64,000 nt of DNA from Escherichia coli (GCF_965641715.1 NZ_OZ282453.1); one strand, 5' to 3'. Counted from the first letter of the stretch, positions 10,933-20,546 are shown. Numbers and translations are program-made. The notes: generated by a model from the letters alone, not told the origin.

Positions 10933-10943
10933 GGATTCGATCC
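10933..10943. repeat. IS186 target-site duplication, right copy
   Basis: Identical 11 bp to 9583..9593. Confidence 0.7.
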
Positions 10944-11549
10944 CCGCAGTGTGGGCCGGACGGTACGCGGCTGGTTTGGTGATGATGAGCCGGAACAACA
11001 TGCACAGGCTACGAAACGAGGAGAGCGGAATAACAATCCGGGAAACCTTAATTTTGCTGGTCAGGCGGGGGCTTCTCTTGAACACCCGGGCGGGCGATTT
11101 GCCAGATTTGAAACTGCCTTTGATGGATTACGGGCTCTTGCTCGTCAGTTAATGTTGTACGCCGGGCGAGGAATAAACAGTGTGGAAAAAATTATCTCTA
11201 CCTGGGCACCTGCCTCTGATAATAACAACACAACTGCGTATATCAGGGCTGTATCGCAACGACTGGGAGTGGATCCCCGGGCTGCCCTGAATATGAGCGA
11301 TCCGAAAACCATGTCAGCATTGATGAGCAGCATTATCCAGCATGAAAATGGAAGAAATATCTATTCTCGAGCGCTGATTAATAAGGCTGCCGTGGCGGGA
11401 ATTAGTGGCAAAATGACAGAGGTTAACCAGCAAAATACCTACCACATTTACGGTGGCGGAGATCCGCACGCTGTCGGTAATGAGGTTGCACGTCGGCAAC
11501 AGTCTGCAAATGCTCAGGTCATGCGAAGTAATCAGGTGAGGGTGGGTTA

Positions 11550-12137
11550 GTGGATATTCTCTCTACACTTTTTCATCAGCAGAGCAGAAAAATAGGAATG
11601 ATTGTTCCCAGTGTTGTTATTTCAGAGAAGCATACAGATATGCTTGAAATAACCGAGCATCCGGTAGAGGTCGGGGCTGCTGTCGCTGATCATGCCTATA
11701 AAAAACCGTCAGAAGTGGTGATGGAGGTTGGTTTCGCCGGTGGCGGCACATTGCTGGATTTTGCCAGTAACCTGACGGCTACCAGCCTGCTCGGCCTGAG
11801 TCCTCAGCAGACGTATCAGGAGCTACTGGATCTGCAGGAAAGCCGTATCCCCTTCGATGTGGTAACCGGTAAACGGCTGTACAGCAACATGTTGATCCGG
11901 GCGCTGGAAGTGACGACGGACAAGACAACCGAAAATGTCCTGTCCGCCGTCCTTACCCTGAGGGAGGTCCTTATCTCCCGGACACAGCAGATTACCGTCG
12001 CGGATAAAACCAACATGAAGGAAGGGGCCAGCACGTCGGCGGTACAGAATAGCGGCAACAAAACCACAAAGCCTCCAGATACTTCACTGCTGAAAAGCAT
12101 TACGGGTAACGTGGCGTCATTACTAGGAGGCGGCTAA
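11550..12137 (+). CDS. phage tail protein (possibly gpU-like)
   Basis: 195-aa ORF immediately after tape measure. Confidence 0.3.
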   Translation: MDILSTLFHQQSRKIGMIVPSVVISEKHTDMLEITEHPVEVGAAVADHAYKKPSEVVMEVGFAGGGTLLDFASNLTATSLLGLSPQQTYQELLDLQESRIPFDVVTGKRLYSNMLIRALEVTTDKTTENVLSAVLTLREVLISRTQQITVADKTNMKEGASTSAVQNSGNKTTKPPDTSLLKSITGNVASLLGGG

Positions 12138-12439
12138 TGACAATTCAGGAAATTCCGCTGACAGCGGACAACCAGCAGTTCAGCATCGTCCTGGGCGGTG
12201 TCACCTGGCGGATTAGCATCATATGGCGCGATCTGTACTGGATTATGGACCTGCAGAATGACAGAGGGGAGCCGGTAATCTCCGGTATTCCTCTCGTCAC
12301 TGGCGCTGATCTGCTGGCGCAGTACGCCTGTATGGGGCTTGGTTTTAAGCTGTTGGTGGTCTGCGATGACAACACACAGGATTATCCCACGAAAACTGAC
12401 CTGGGCAGTCGCAGCCATTTACTGGTATCAACGGAGTAA
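12137..12439 (+). CDS. phage tail protein (possibly gpX-like)
   Basis: 100-aa ORF translationally coupled to neighbours. Confidence 0.3.
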   Translation: MTIQEIPLTADNQQFSIVLGGVTWRISIIWRDLYWIMDLQNDRGEPVISGIPLVTGADLLAQYACMGLGFKLLVVCDDNTQDYPTKTDLGSRSHLLVSTE

Positions 12440-12441
12440 GC

Positions 12442-13503
12442 ATGTCACAGAACTGGATGAGACATTTCGAGCTGCAGCTTGTGGACGGGAACGGTCAGGG
12501 AATTGAGCTAAGTGATTTTAAAGTCACCTTTACGATCGACTGGTTCAACATCAGCAGTGCGTCCCGGGTAGGGACTATCAAAATTTATAACCTCTCGGCA
12601 GATACTGTGAACCGAATCACCGGGCAGGAGTTTTCGAAAGTGCGTCTGATTGCGGGTTACGACGGTATCGCGCCGGAGGTGTCGGCAAGCGACGTCGGGA
12701 CTGTGCGGGAAGTTGACGCGGCGGACGTGGGCCAGAGTGATGGCCGCAACTACGGACTAATTTTCAGCGGTGAAATTCGCTACTCGGTCACAGGAAAAGA
12801 CAGTCCGGTTGATTCCTACGTCCTGATTCAGGCAGCAGATACTGATCTGGCTTTTGCCACCAGTATAACCTCACAGACGCTGGCTGCCGGTTACACGGTC
12901 GCTGATGTGAACCGTGCGCTGATGAAAGACTTCGAAGCCAAAGGCGCGACCGAAGGCCTGACGCCTGAAATGCCTGCTACTGTATTCCCCCGGGGGCGGG
13001 TGCTCTTTGGCATGACGCGGCATCTAATGGATAACGTAGCCGGGCAATGTGGCGCAACATGGCAATTCGTGGACGGTCAGCGCCAGATGGTGGCGAATAA
13101 CGAATATGTTCACGAAGCGATTGTGCTCAACAGTGCTACCGGGCTTATTGGCATGCCGCAGCAGACCATCGGTAACGGCGTAAACGTCCGTGCGCTCATT
13201 AATCCGAACATCCGGGTTAACGGGCTCATTCAGCTGGATCAGGCTTCTGTATATCGCACCGCGTTGTCGAACAACGATATCGCTATGGCTGGTGGGCAGA
13301 TCACCGACCAGAACACGGACGGAAATATTACGCTCAGCGGCACCACATCACAGCCTGCCAGCATCGCAACGGATGGCGTTTATATTGTGCGCGGGATTAT
13401 GTACACTGGCGACACAAGGGGCCAGGTGTGGTACATGGATATGATGTGCGAAGCGCGTGGCGCGGCGGATCTGTATACGCAATCGGCTTTGCAAAGGGGA
13501 TGA
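12442..13503 (+). CDS. phage baseplate hub-like protein
   Basis: 353-aa ORF between tape measure-associated genes and baseplate genes. Confidence 0.4.
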   Translation: MSQNWMRHFELQLVDGNGQGIELSDFKVTFTIDWFNISSASRVGTIKIYNLSADTVNRITGQEFSKVRLIAGYDGIAPEVSASDVGTVREVDAADVGQSDGRNYGLIFSGEIRYSVTGKDSPVDSYVLIQAADTDLAFATSITSQTLAAGYTVADVNRALMKDFEAKGATEGLTPEMPATVFPRGRVLFGMTRHLMDNVAGQCGATWQFVDGQRQMVANNEYVHEAIVLNSATGLIGMPQQTIGNGVNVRALINPNIRVNGLIQLDQASVYRTALSNNDIAMAGGQITDQNTDGNITLSGTTSQPASIATDGVYIVRGIMYTGDTRGQVWYMDMMCEARGAADLYTQSALQRG

Positions 13504-13506
13504 GCA

Positions 13507-13848
13507 ATGAGGGGTATTATTTTTCTGTTAGCTGTCTTTTCTGCGTGCAGCGCGTGGGCGGATGGCTTCACGGTTAAATGCGGTGGCTACACTATGGTTG
13601 CAAACCAGGGCGAGTTATCGACAATCAACGGTGAAAGAGTTACCTCTCAAAAAATCACCGAACTGGGTACCAATGGTTTGAAAGTAGACATGGGGATTAT
13701 GCCTGCCAAAGACGGTAACAACTACGGCTTTGAATACATTCGTCGCCCTGGTACCGAAACGCGATTCCTGAATGTGCAACTGCTGCAGAACAGCATGGAC
13801 GCGCCGAAAATCATCGGGTCTTTCCCGTGTAAAAAGGTTAATCAGTAA
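13507..13848 (+). CDS. phage-encoded lipoprotein (possible exclusion protein)
   Basis: N-terminus MRGIIFLLAVFSACSAWA is a signal peptide with lipobox (FSAC); RBS AAGGGGA upstream. Confidence 0.5.
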   Translation: MRGIIFLLAVFSACSAWADGFTVKCGGYTMVANQGELSTINGERVTSQKITELGTNGLKVDMGIMPAKDGNNYGFEYIRRPGTETRFLNVQLLQNSMDAPKIIGSFPCKKVNQ

Positions 13849-13907
13849 AGCTATAATCCATTTCTGACATCAATTTCAGGCAGTTGATTCTGGGGTTAAG
13901 GATTATT

Positions 13908-14684
13908 ATGGCTACACCAGCTAAAGCATCCAGTAACTATGTTATCCAGTTCGGGGCGATGCTTGAAGAAAATGCTTCGATAGATGAGTTCACTTATCGT
14001 TACGTTTTACGCAATTATTCATCCAGCACTGAAGGCAACGATGTTAGCGCGGTTGGTTTTGCTTATGCTTTAAATGGTGAAGATGATCTAGCCTATGAAC
14101 ATTTTCATAAGCATCTGAAAATGGGCAACATCACTATTGCAAAGAATTTCGCTGCTTTCCTTTTCAAACGACATCACTACCGCCAGTTACATGAAATTAT
14201 TTATCAACTTGCTGATGCGTTTGGCGGGAAAATGTTGACTATGCTTGCTGCTGCGGAATCTTATCGGGTTGGTGACCTGGCGGCAATCCAGAAATACATG
14301 GAATGGCACTGTCGTTTACTGTCAGAAAACGATGACAAGTACGGAGCTGAAGCCTATATGCGTGAGCTTATCGATGGTGTTAAAGGATGTTACGAGGCAA
14401 AAGTTTGTACACCTGAGCAGTTTAGATTGCTTGGGGACATCACTCATTCGATCCTTGAAGAACGTAAACTTATTCCCGGTAGCTTGGGAATTTTCAGCTC
14501 TATGGGCGGTGATTATCTCGTGCAAGTGGAGAAAGCTACTCCGGAAGATATCGTTTTGATGAATTTTGATTTGGCTGAAAGGATATGTTCTGAGTCAAGG
14601 TTAGACGACTGTGAAATGACTGCTCGTTTCTCGGTTTTAAGGGAGTCCCATACGAAGGAAACTTATGACTATTCAGAGTTTTGA
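13908..14684 (+). CDS. hypothetical protein, partner of HEPN-like gene
   Basis: 258-aa ORF with RBS TAAGGA; AT-rich compared with flanking tail genes; 3' end overlaps next gene by 20 nt. Confidence 0.5.
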   Translation: MATPAKASSNYVIQFGAMLEENASIDEFTYRYVLRNYSSSTEGNDVSAVGFAYALNGEDDLAYEHFHKHLKMGNITIAKNFAAFLFKRHHYRQLHEIIYQLADAFGGKMLTMLAAAESYRVGDLAAIQKYMEWHCRLLSENDDKYGAEAYMRELIDGVKGCYEAKVCTPEQFRLLGDITHSILEERKLIPGSLGIFSSMGGDYLVQVEKATPEDIVLMNFDLAERICSESRLDDCEMTARFSVLRESHTKETYDYSEF

Positions 14685-15036
14685 TTTTTTGCGTTCAAGT
14701 GAACATTGTTTAACTCTGGACGAAGAAGTTGGTTATCGTAATGCCGTATCGCGAGCCTACTATGCTATGTTTCATCGTGCTGGCGAGGCTCTGAAGCATG
14801 TCCCCTCTGTAGAACATAATCACCATGCTAATTTAATCAACTACATGCAAGGTAGGATGGGCACACCTAAGGAAGAAATACCTCCTGCAAGATTAAAAAT
14901 ACTTGCATACGATCTCCGCCAAATGAGACAAGCGCGGAATGAAGCCGACTATCGCTTATCTGACTCCAAGATAAATGCTGACGTTGCCAAGGAATCATTA
15001 TTAACCGCGCAGCATTTTTTTAAACGGATTTCATAA
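14665..15036 (+). CDS. HEPN-domain-like protein
   Basis: 123-aa ORF with SRAYYAMFHRAGEAL helix resembling the HEPN fold; strong RBS GAAGGAAA. Confidence 0.5.
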   Translation: MTIQSFDFLRSSEHCLTLDEEVGYRNAVSRAYYAMFHRAGEALKHVPSVEHNHHANLINYMQGRMGTPKEEIPPARLKILAYDLRQMRQARNEADYRLSDSKINADVAKESLLTAQHFFKRIS

Positions 15037-15057
15037 AAAGTCACTATTTACCACGAA

Positions 15058-15079
15058 CCCGCCATCCGGCGGGTTTTTT
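15058..15079 (+). terminator. intrinsic terminator after HEPN cassette
   Basis: Hairpin CCCGCC-ATCC-GGCGGG followed by TTTTTT. Confidence 0.6.
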
Positions 15080-15098
15080 GCTTTCTGGAGCCTACTAA

Positions 15099-15851
15099 AT
15101 GGCAGTATCTGACCAGACCCGCAGCGGCGACCTTGCCGAAACATTCAAATCTGAACGGGAAACAACAAAGAACCAGATCCGTGTCGCCTTGCCTGGCATT
15201 ATTCAGTCATTCGATCCTGATGCGGTGACGGCAGTTGTGCAGCCTGCTATCCGTTCGGTTGAAAAGGATAATGACGGCAACCGCATTACCAAAAATTACC
15301 CATTGCTGGTGGATGTGCCAGTGGTATTCCCACGCGGCGGAGGATGTACGCTAACGTTCCCAGCTAAAGCCGGTGATGAATGTTTGGTGATTTTTGCCGA
15401 TCGTTGTATTGATTTCTGGTGGCAGAGTGGCGGGATACAGGAGCCGGTCGATGACAGAATGCATGATTTATCGGATGCGTTTTGTATTGTCGGTCCCCAG
15501 TCGCAGGCAAGGAAGATTAGCGGTATTAATACCAGTGCCACACAGTTGCGTAGTGACGACGGCAGCACCTATTTTGAGCTTAATCCTGATACCAGGAAAA
15601 TTAAAATTGTCGCTCCGGGTGGTCTTGATGTGGTTGCCCCTCTGGCTGATTTTTCTGAGAAAGTAACCATTCATGGCCTGTTAACCTGGATGGGGGGCAT
15701 GGTGGGGTCTGTTGTTTCTGGTGTGGCTTCAAAAATCACTGGTGCTGTTGAGTTTTTGGGTAGCGTGAAGGCTAACGGCAAGCTAATCGATGATACGCAC
15801 ACTCATGGTGGTGTTCAGCGCGGTGGAAGCAATACCGACGGAGTAAACTGA
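15099..15851 (+). CDS. phage baseplate spike/assembly protein (gpV-like)
   Basis: 250-aa ORF; position and size as in P2-type V-W-J-I order. Confidence 0.45.
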   Translation: MAVSDQTRSGDLAETFKSERETTKNQIRVALPGIIQSFDPDAVTAVVQPAIRSVEKDNDGNRITKNYPLLVDVPVVFPRGGGCTLTFPAKAGDECLVIFADRCIDFWWQSGGIQEPVDDRMHDLSDAFCIVGPQSQARKISGINTSATQLRSDDGSTYFELNPDTRKIKIVAPGGLDVVAPLADFSEKVTIHGLLTWMGGMVGSVVSGVASKITGAVEFLGSVKANGKLIDDTHTHGGVQRGGSNTDGVN

Positions 15852-16204
15852 TGCGATACAGACGTGAAGACGCCGATGGCGATTACACCTTTGGCAGCGG
15901 TGATGATACCTGGCTGATTAACTCACCGGAGGCCGTGGCGCAGGCGGTAAAAACGCGATTCGAATTGTGGTATGGGCAATGGTTTCTAGACACCACCGAA
16001 GGGACTCCGTGGATCCAGTCCGTACTCGGTAAGCAGAAGCCGGAAACCTACAACCTGGCGATCCGTAAGCGCATCCTCGAAACGCGGGGCGTTAAATCAA
16101 TCCTCTCTTTCAATACGACGGTGGATACCACGACCCGACGTGTCATGTTTTCCGCTGAAATCGACACTCTCTATGGAATAACGACTGTTACATCGGAGGC
16201 GTAA
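15851..16204 (+). CDS. phage baseplate wedge protein (gpW/gp25-like)
   Basis: 117-aa ORF coupled to neighbours. Confidence 0.45.
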   Translation: MRYRREDADGDYTFGSGDDTWLINSPEAVAQAVKTRFELWYGQWFLDTTEGTPWIQSVLGKQKPETYNLAIRKRILETRGVKSILSFNTTVDTTTRRVMFSAEIDTLYGITTVTSEA

Positions 16205-17403
16205 TGGCTCTGAACCTTGATTCTCTCGGTTTATCTGCAAAGGTAACCGCGGAGGGGATCAGTGCGCCTGATTATCAGACGATACTCAGCACCCTGATTA
16301 GCTATTTTCAGCAGATTTATGGCAGTGATGCCTACCTCGAACCGGACAGCAAAGACGGCCAGATGGTGGCTCTGATGGCGCTGGCGATTCATGATGCCAA
16401 TAATATGGCGATAACTGTCTACAACTGTTTTTCACCGGCAACCGGCTATGGGGCTGCACTCACCAGTAACGTGAAAATAAATGGTATTTCACGTAAAGGC
16501 GCGACGAACTCTACGGTTGATTTGCTTCTTACAGGAACTGCCGGAACAACCATCATTAATGGCAGCGTGAAAGACAGTAATAATGTGATATGGCGTTTGC
16601 CTGCTTCAGTGGTGGTCGGCGTGGATGGTACAGTGATGGCGACCGCAACATGTTCCGTCAGTGGTGCAGTGGCGGCGCTGGCTGGAACTATCACTGAAAT
16701 TAATACGCCAACCCGTGGCTGGGTTTCGGTAACTAATCCTGCTGCGGCTACTGTTGGCTCTCCGGCAGAAACTGATGCTGAGTTACGTATCCGCCAGTCG
16801 CAAAGTGTTGCATTGCCATCAATAACCCCATTTGAAGCACTGGATGGTGCTGTTTCTAATGTTACCGGTGTAACCCGCCACAAACTCTATGAAAACGATA
16901 CTGGTTCGGAGGACGGTAACGGGTTACCGCCACACTCTGTTGCTGTAATTGTGGATGGCGGTGATGTGACGGATATTGCTCAGGCTATCAGAGGGAATAA
17001 AGGCCAGGGGACAGCCACTCACGGTACAACATCCGTTACGGTTCCGGATAAATACGGCAATCCCCATGTAATCAAATTCTCGCGTTCCAGTGATGTACCT
17101 GTTTATGCCCGGATTAAATTAAAAGTTTTTACGGGTTATACCTCACAGATAGGGCAGCAGATCCAGCAGGCTATTTCCGACTATATCAATAGTCTGATGA
17201 TTGGTGATTCGGTCCTTTTAAGTCGCATTTACTCACCGGCGAATCTTGGCGTGGTGAGTGGCGGGAATGCACGCTATTACGATATTCAGGAACTGACGAT
17301 TGGGAAATCCCAGGGGACTTTGTCGTCATCAAACATTGATATCAGATATAACGAATCTGCGTCCTGTACCCCGGAAAATATCGTTATAACGGTGGAGTCA
17401 TGA
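16204..17403 (+). CDS. phage baseplate protein (gpJ-like)
   Basis: 399-aa ORF following the W-like gene. Confidence 0.45.
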   Translation: MALNLDSLGLSAKVTAEGISAPDYQTILSTLISYFQQIYGSDAYLEPDSKDGQMVALMALAIHDANNMAITVYNCFSPATGYGAALTSNVKINGISRKGATNSTVDLLLTGTAGTTIINGSVKDSNNVIWRLPASVVVGVDGTVMATATCSVSGAVAALAGTITEINTPTRGWVSVTNPAAATVGSPAETDAELRIRQSQSVALPSITPFEALDGAVSNVTGVTRHKLYENDTGSEDGNGLPPHSVAVIVDGGDVTDIAQAIRGNKGQGTATHGTTSVTVPDKYGNPHVIKFSRSSDVPVYARIKLKVFTGYTSQIGQQIQQAISDYINSLMIGDSVLLSRIYSPANLGVVSGGNARYYDIQELTIGKSQGTLSSSNIDIRYNESASCTPENIVITVES

Positions 17404-18080
17404 GCAAATACACCGAACTAATCACAAACTACCACGCCTCCAAACCTAAATTTCTTTCACATGTTGATCTGATGACCCGGCCGCTTATTGATGTTGCGGC
17501 TGCCACCAGAGGGCTGATTACTGCATTTGATATCGACTCTGCGGTTGGTGTGCAACTTGACATTCTGGGATTGTGGATCGGACGTAGCCGTGTTGTCAGC
17601 CAGCCTATTTCAGGTGTCTATTTCAGCTGGGATACCGACGGGATTGGATATGATCAGGGGGTATGGCAGGGACCATACGATCCTGATTCAGGATACATGT
17701 ATCTCAGCGATGAAACTTATCGTGTCATTCTTAAAGCGAAGACTGCGATTAATAACTGGGACGGACGGAATGATTCGCTTCCGGCAATTCTTGACGCGGC
17801 AACAGCAGGATCCGGGCTGCGAATGCAGATAGTCGATAACCAGGACATGACGATATCGGTCAGGGTCTTTCCTGATACTGATATTTCAGATGTATCGCGT
17901 GAGTTAATTGCGGCAATTAAACAGGGGTATCTCACAGTAAAAGCCGCCGGGGTATGGGCGGGTGGCATTGAAACACCTTCGGTGGAAACCCCATCGGAAG
18001 GCTCAAAATTTTTTGGTTTTGATATGGATAACGAATTCATCAGTGGTTTTGATGTAGGGGCATGGGGAGTATTACTCTGA
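17400..18080 (+). CDS. phage tail protein (gpI-like)
   Basis: 226-aa ORF preceding the tail fibre gene. Confidence 0.4.
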   Translation: MSKYTELITNYHASKPKFLSHVDLMTRPLIDVAAATRGLITAFDIDSAVGVQLDILGLWIGRSRVVSQPISGVYFSWDTDGIGYDQGVWQGPYDPDSGYMYLSDETYRVILKAKTAINNWDGRNDSLPAILDAATAGSGLRMQIVDNQDMTISVRVFPDTDISDVSRELIAAIKQGYLTVKAAGVWAGGIETPSVETPSEGSKFFGFDMDNEFISGFDVGAWGVLL

Positions 18081-18871
18081 TGGCGAAAAATGACTTTAAA
18101 GCGTTTGCAACTGATCGGAATGCCAATGTTATGTCGCAGGAGGAATGGGAAGCGTTGCCTGCGCTTTTATCCGGATTTACAGCAGGGAAAGCATCCAGTG
18201 CGCAAGTCAATAAGGTTATTCGGCAGGCCAGCTTTATTGCTGCAGCTCTGGCCCAGTTTGTAAGTGACAAAACGCAACGGGATGTGCTTGATAATGGTGA
18301 TCTGCCCGGTTTTGTTGAATTGCTGGGATCGGGGTTTGCTGTTGAATACCTGAGCCGCAAGAATCCGTTTGGCGATATCAAATCGGATGGCACGGTGAAA
18401 ACGGCTCTCGAAAACCTTGGTTTGGGAGAAGCGGCAAAACGGAATGTGGGCAACGGGGAAAACCAAATCCCTGATATGTCTTTCTGGACGGTTACTGGTG
18501 GCAATGGAAATTTTGTGATTCGTCAACCTGACGGGCTAATCATTCAGATGGTTACTGTAAGTATAAGCGGTCCAGTGGCGATGAATGGAATGACTGATAA
18601 TGCTTATGCCATTACAGGTTCTAATAAGTCTTATATTGCCACAGCCACATTGCCCTTTGTATTTCCTAATAAGGTGCTGGGCGTTATCCCTCTGGTATCA
18701 ACAACAGCTTATGGTGGTGTATCCAGTAATATTACAGGTTCATACGCGACGGCGGTTTGTTCTTTTGCCGCTGTCAGGGGGAATAATACGATTGTGTTCA
18801 AAGTCGACAAACCACTGAATGCAGCCTTTCCTTCAGATACCAGCGTCTCAGCGTTAATCATTGGACGGTAA
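18062..18871 (+). CDS. phage tail fibre protein (constant N-terminal part fused to variable C-terminal part in current orientation)
   Basis: Start may be ATG at 18083; recombination-site-encoded ENLGLGE motif at 18412..18431 splits constant and variable parts. Confidence 0.5.
   Translation: MGSITLMAKNDFKAFATDRNANVMSQEEWEALPALLSGFTAGKASSAQVNKVIRQASFIAAALAQFVSDKTQRDVLDNGDLPGFVELLGSGFAVEYLSRKNPFGDIKSDGTVKTALENLGLGEAAKRNVGNGENQIPDMSFWTVTGGNGNFVIRQPDGLIIQMVTVSISGPVAMNGMTDNAYAITGSNKSYIATATLPFVFPNKVLGVIPLVSTTAYGGVSSNITGSYATAVCSFAAVRGNNTIVFKVDKPLNAAFPSDTSVSALIIGR
18412..18431. repeat. gix-like inversion crossover site, left (AAACCTTGGTTTGGGAGAAG)
   Basis: 19/20 inverted repeat of 20337..20356; AAACC-TT-GGTTT half-site structure as in Gin/Hin/Pin sites; lies inside the fibre ORF. 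Confidence 0.55.
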
Positions 18872-18873
18872 GA

Positions 18874-19317
18874 ATGAACTCAGTATTCTTTTCACCCGGA
18901 AGTAAAAGTTTTTATCTGCAAGAATTGTTTCCAGAATATGAGAATGCGGGAACGCTTCCTGATGATGTTATTGAAATTACCAGAGAAACATATGAGCAAT
19001 TTCTTGGGCTGCATCCAGAAGGGAAAGAAATTGGCGCTGACAGTTCAGGACGGCCAGTATGGATTAATTCCCCACCCCCTTCAAAAGAGGATGAGGTGTT
19101 GACGGCTGAAATGAAAAAAATATCTTTGGTTTCAGAAGTCAATACCTACATCAATACCCATCAGTGGCCTGGCAAAGCGGCGATTGGTCGTCTGAAAGGT
19201 GACGAGCTGGAACAATATAATTTGTGGCTGGATTATCTGGACGCACTGGAGCTGGTCGATACTTCCGGTGCGCCAGATATTGAATGGCCTACGCCTCCGG
19301 CAGTTCAGGCCAGATGA
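18874..19317 (+). CDS. phage tail fibre assembly protein
   Basis: 147-aa ORF; C-terminus resembles that of the convergent Tfa-like ORF. Confidence 0.55.
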   Translation: MNSVFFSPGSKSFYLQELFPEYENAGTLPDDVIEITRETYEQFLGLHPEGKEIGADSSGRPVWINSPPPSKEDEVLTAEMKKISLVSEVNTYINTHQWPGKAAIGRLKGDELEQYNLWLDYLDALELVDTSGAPDIEWPTPPAVQAR

Positions 19318-19891
19318 CATCCGGCGCGGTGCTGGTATCTGTTGCAGTCACCGCGTCAATGTAATCCAGCACAGCGTTAAGCCGGGTTGTTTCTGCCTGC
19401 GTCAGTTTCCGTCCGGCCTGTAATTTCAGTTGAATCAGACTAATGGAAGCCATTGCTGCATCAATCAGTGACTGGCGCTGTGCTTCTGCCGCTTCTACTG
19501 CGGCACCGTGTTGTGCCTCAGTATCTGTCATCCATTTTTCACCATCCCATTTATCGTATGGCGTTAACGGGGCGATAGTGGTTGTATTTTCGGGATAGTC
19601 GCCTGGTGCTGTGATTTCTTTGGCATCTCCCGTTTCGGTGTTATAGACGATTTCACCTCGATGGTCTGACACATATTCCCATGATTTTAAATCCACAGAA
19701 CGGCAAATTGTATAACCAGCCTTATATGTACCAGGAGCGTCTAAACAGGAATATGCAGGGATACCGACACCAATGGCAAGATATTCATTTGAAGTGGAAA
19801 TATATTCCCGTGTTTCGCCATCATAGTTATAGACGGTAATATTTCCCGCCTTTGTAGCAATAAACTCGCTATTTAATACAGCGTTATCCAT
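19289..19891 (-). CDS. phage tail fibre assembly protein (alternative, on opposite strand)
   Basis: 200-aa ORF with Tfa-like C-terminus ...LNAVLDYIDAVTATDTSTAPDVIWPELP; convergent with 18874..19317. Confidence 0.6.
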   Translation of the reverse strand: MDNAVLNSEFIATKAGNITVYNYDGETREYISTSNEYLAIGVGIPAYSCLDAPGTYKAGYTICRSVDLKSWEYVSDHRGEIVYNTETGDAKEITAPGDYPENTTTIAPLTPYDKWDGEKWMTDTEAQHGAAVEAAEAQRQSLIDAAMASISLIQLKLQAGRKLTQAETTRLNAVLDYIDAVTATDTSTAPDVIWPELPEA

Positions 19892-20336
19892 TATGCAGCC
19901 CTCACGATATAGTTAAATGCGATATTCCGTGGGCGAGTATCGGCAGGAACGACATACATTTCACCAATTGCCCGCTCATTAGAGTTGTTCAGCAATAGGC
20001 TTGAGCCATTACTGTCATGACCCGTAATTAAGATATCATTGGACAAAATAAGTGAGCCCGTACCTGCAGGAATACCATAAATTCCCATATCAAATTTAAT
20101 ATAACCAACACGCGCGCTCTGTGCAGACATAACGCTGCGACCAGTATCTACTGAACGACCGTCATCCCAGCCACGAATAAACTCACCGCGTAAATCAGGC
20201 AATTTATTTGTCGGATAAGCCTTTGCCAGTTCCGGGTATTCTTCAGCAGAAAAAGCCGCACCATTGCATTTCAGCCAGCCTGTTGGCGGAGTGGCTGAAG
20301 GCCACGGAACAGGGACACCAACAGGTAATGCCGAAC
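19891..20336 (-). CDS. alternative tail fibre C-terminal segment with tail-collar-like motif
   Basis: Contains ...LPDLRGEFIRGWDDG... collar-type motif; reading frame runs out of the right gix-like site, so it would be expressed only after inversion. Confidence 0.5.
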
Positions 20337-20356
20337 CTTCTCCCAAACCAACGTTT
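20337..20356. repeat. gix-like inversion crossover site, right
   Basis: Reverse complement matches left site 19/20; 62 bp upstream of the invertase start. Confidence 0.55.
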
Positions 20357-20417
20357 ATGAAAATGCAGAAATAACAAGCAAATGGCATCATTCCTGCTTT
20401 TGTCAGGGGGGGGGACC

Positions 20418-20546
20418 ATGCTTATTGGCTACGTACGCGTATCAACAAATGACCAGAATACCGATCTACAACGTAATGCGTTGAACTGTGCAGGATGCGA
20501 GCTGATTTTTGAAGACAAGATAGGCGGCACAAAGTCCGAGACCTAG
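20418..20546 (+). pseudogene. truncated DNA invertase (Gin/Pin/Hin family), N-terminal 42 codons only
   Basis: MLIGYVRVSTNDQNTDLQRNALNCAGCELIFEDKIGGTKSET then stop; near-identical to N-terminus of intact invertase at 62702..63289. Confidence 0.7.

Larger units (their letters stand above)
8212..11550 (+). pseudogene. phage tail tape-measure gene interrupted by IS186
   Basis: Translation ...HWGFDP stops being sensible at 9593 and resumes as GFDPRSVG... at 10944; removing IS plus one target-duplication copy restores a 663-codon ORF. Confidence 0.7.

Noticed and set aside
20406-20414. Run of nine G immediately upstream of the truncated invertase start codon, considered as a phase-variable homopolymer
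   Set aside because: The downstream gene is already a 42-codon pseudogene, so slippage here would have no obvious consequence; more likely a remnant of the invertase RBS region.
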